This document shows, in pieces, positions 61,809 through 64,000 of a stretch of 64,000 nucleotides of DNA. The stretch's first letter is position 1. The number at the start of each line of letters is the position of its first letter. Below the pieces are notes generated by a model. The model did no database searches, had not been told where the DNA came from, and saw only the letters and a list, made by a program, of their open reading frames with translations. The translations under genes were made by a program, and so were the position numbers. Origin of the DNA: Paramoeba atlantica (taxonomy: Eukaryota > Protista > Discosea); the NCBI GenBank assembly GCA_977017575.1, contig CDRNVI010000053.1:372001-436000 (forward strand), given 5' to 3'.

Positions 61809-63203
61809 ATGGATTTTTCCGAGCATGCGATTCCCTTCGTTGCCGAATATGTTGAAAATACACTTGTGCTGCTTTCATACCAATGCTGCGATGTCAGAAG
61901 TCTGGGTTGTATTGAACGTCAGTTGACTTCTCTCTACAAAATTTTTCTTGCACGCTATTCTGAGACACTTTCCATCCAGTATTCCGACATTTTTGAACGG
62001 TGGAACGCCACTACATTTTGTACAGTTCTTGCCGAGCATTCCTCCAAAACTTTAGAAGCTTTTAATACCTTGCAATTCAGTGAGCACGAATCCTCTCCTG
62101 CATCACTAATTTCAGAGAAGGAGGCTCATGTGGTACGTAGAAGAGGCATGGATGTCTTTATCGGATTCAAAAACGGTGATAGAATGCGCTTACAATCGAT
62201 TCGTGATGCTTTGGAGCTACCTTCAATATGTCCTGCAATTGTTGTCCAGCACATTCTTAACTACTTGAAGAGCATTCCCATCAGGTATTGCAGTACAACT
62301 CTTATTCTGCAAAACGTGCACGGAATATGCGAAACAATGAAAGAAGTGAAAGGAAAACTAGTTTATAACGAGAATGCACCTCACAAGCATGATAAAGTAC
62401 GAGAGAGGCGAATAGAAAAAATGTCTCACGAAAGCGTTTCTCGATCTCATAAAGATTCTTCAATCGAGTCTTCGGACAAAAAGGCCACTCTCTCAGTCCA
62501 AAACGATTCCATAGCTTCGAGAGTACGGGCTCGTAGAGAAGAACCTGCACAACAAAGTCTTCCAATGCTACGCTTTACGACGTCACCAACTTTAGAAAAA
62601 GAGTCCATGAAGGAGGACGAATTAATGCCGATTGTGTTAAGTTCTCAAAAAAGAAGGCAACGACCTCAACTAGACACCAAAAAGGAATTCGTGGAAACAC
62701 GACTAGTAAAGGGAGATTCTCACATGAAGCATAATAGTTCTGCCACTGAATGCAATTTCGATGATCCTTTCCCAACGGAGAACACTAAAAAATACATAGA
62801 TCATCATGCTGGTGAATATTCAGTGGTAGTTTCAAAGCGACCACCGCCCCCTCCTTTGAAAGACCCACGCCAAGAGATTAAGGGATATGCACTTCCCCCA
62901 GAAATCAAGAAAGCTCGTGAAAAATGTGCAAGTGTCTTCCACGAAAAGTTTGGGGACAACAAAAAAGCCGGAAGGCTTTGTGTGTTTTGTTTAAATTGTC
63001 ATATGTTGGAAAGTCTTTTTAATGGTGCAACAGCGGAATGCGAACTGCATTCCGAAGTTATTCCTTCAACGGAACGTGCATTAAGGTACCGCCTCACCTA
63101 TCACCCTAGGCTTTGCTCTGTGGCTGTGCGGAGATATCGTTCTTACTTACGAAACAATCGCATTTCAAAAATTCCAATTGATCACGTTCTTTGTCTACAT
63201 TAA
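61809..63203 (+). CDS. Hypothetical protein with C-terminal Cys/His cluster
   Basis: 464-aa ATG ORF. CVFCLNCH...CELH...HPRLC may bind zinc. Confidence 0.7.
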   Translation: MDFSEHAIPFVAEYVENTLVLLSYQCCDVRSLGCIERQLTSLYKIFLARYSETLSIQYSDIFERWNATTFCTVLAEHSSKTLEAFNTLQFSEHESSPASLISEKEAHVVRRRGMDVFIGFKNGDRMRLQSIRDALELPSICPAIVVQHILNYLKSIPIRYCSTTLILQNVHGICETMKEVKGKLVYNENAPHKHDKVRERRIEKMSHESVSRSHKDSSIESSDKKATLSVQNDSIASRVRARREEPAQQSLPMLRFTTSPTLEKESMKEDELMPIVLSSQKRRQRPQLDTKKEFVETRLVKGDSHMKHNSSATECNFDDPFPTENTKKYIDHHAGEYSVVVSKRPPPPPLKDPRQEIKGYALPPEIKKAREKCASVFHEKFGDNKKAGRLCVFCLNCHMLESLFNGATAECELHSEVIPSTERALRYRLTYHPRLCSVAVRRYRSYLRNNRISKIPIDHVLCLH

Positions 63204-63667
63204 GTTTTATGGATCTGTATTAAGGAGTAGAGTACCGCATTAGGAATAGTCCGATCTATATTATTATTAAAAAAAATCGAAATAGAATATCGGTACAGTA
63301 AATCTATTCGTATTTTAAGCGCCACGAAACATTTATGCGCTAGCGCTTTCTATTCTACGTTGAAAAAATGGGTCTTTAATTCTACGGTCTATATGATTGA
63401 TTTATCAAGCGACATGCTCACAAGGAGAACTATTGATTCCATTTCTGTTTAGCAATTTAGCATTGAAACCTCTTCGTGCTTATCTATTGACTCAGAAATG
63501 GTAATCAGAACTGCTCAAAGTAACAATGGACACCGCTCCAAAAATGATTTCAATTAAGCTTGCTAATTATTTCCCAATGAAGCTTACTAGTAAATATTTC
63601 GCAATGGGAAATTCTAGTAAGAAACAGATTGACGCTACAAGCTAGTAAGGGGTCTTGTTACACTCTA

Positions 63668-64000
63668 ATGCTCGAAGGCCTTTCGCTCGCGCAAAAGGGT
63701 ATTGCTGCTCGCTTGTGTTTTGGCTTAAACAAACAAGATTCCGATTTGTTGCGACGAATACTTCATAAAAGTCCTGCTATGATGTGCGTTACAAAGTCCC
63801 GTCCAGACGCAAAGAAATACAATGCGCTTCTGCAGCATTTATATGGGCTAGATTGGATAACATCATTAAAATTGTACAGCGAACTCTTTAACACGAATGG
63901 ATCTAAGGAACCATTAGTGCTGGAAGAGGGGGGAAAATCATATAAGGCTAATCCAGACAAAGCCACTTTCCGGGTGTTATTATCCACCCTAATTTATTCT
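63668..64000 (+). CDS. PPR-like protein, 5' part (runs off the window; absent from the ORF track)
   Basis: My translation from ATG 63668 is open for 111 codons to the window edge: MLEGLSLAQK...PDAKKYNALLQHLYGLDWITSLKLYSEL...PDKATFRVLLSTL, with two PPR-type starts. Confidence 0.7.
   Translation, partial: MLEGLSLAQKGIAARLCFGLNKQDSDLLRRILHKSPAMMCVTKSRPDAKKYNALLQHLYGLDWITSLKLYSELFNTNGSKEPLVLEEGGKSYKANPDKATFRVLLSTLIYS

Overview
This is a eukaryotic window, not a prokaryotic one. It holds about 34 intron-less genes, all on the + strand, forming one directional (polycistronic-type) cluster. Kinetoplastid-type genes (KREPA-like editosome subunit, ATP synthase subunit i/j) and a spliced-leader-like sequence point to a kinetoplastid. 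The compact layout and plant-type LRR gene suggest an early-branching, Perkinsela-like lineage (inference, no database search possible). Housekeeping genes include IleRS (3' end), Kish, RPL23, QDPR, DBP7, UBC6, TRM82, SWC6, PEX2, GPN2, transaldolase, COQ6, PSTK, a kinesin and three SET-domain genes. Intergenic DNA is rich in TA-targeting Tc1/mariner-type elements and MITEs, and 47.4-57.2 kb is a nested transposon cluster. The most interesting signals lie in that cluster. (1) A 435-bp element with a tRNA-like head (A/B boxes), a (TCT)n tail and an exact 11-bp target-site duplication, i.e. a candidate tRNA-derived SINE, a class I do not know from kinetoplastids. (2) About 46 bp away, a spliced-leader-like exon plus GT fused to the 5' end of a CRE/SLACS-type retroelement remnant. 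(3) A Tc1-like transposase relic with about 50 residues between the second D and the E. All family assignments come from motifs recognised by eye and need BLAST/HMM confirmation.
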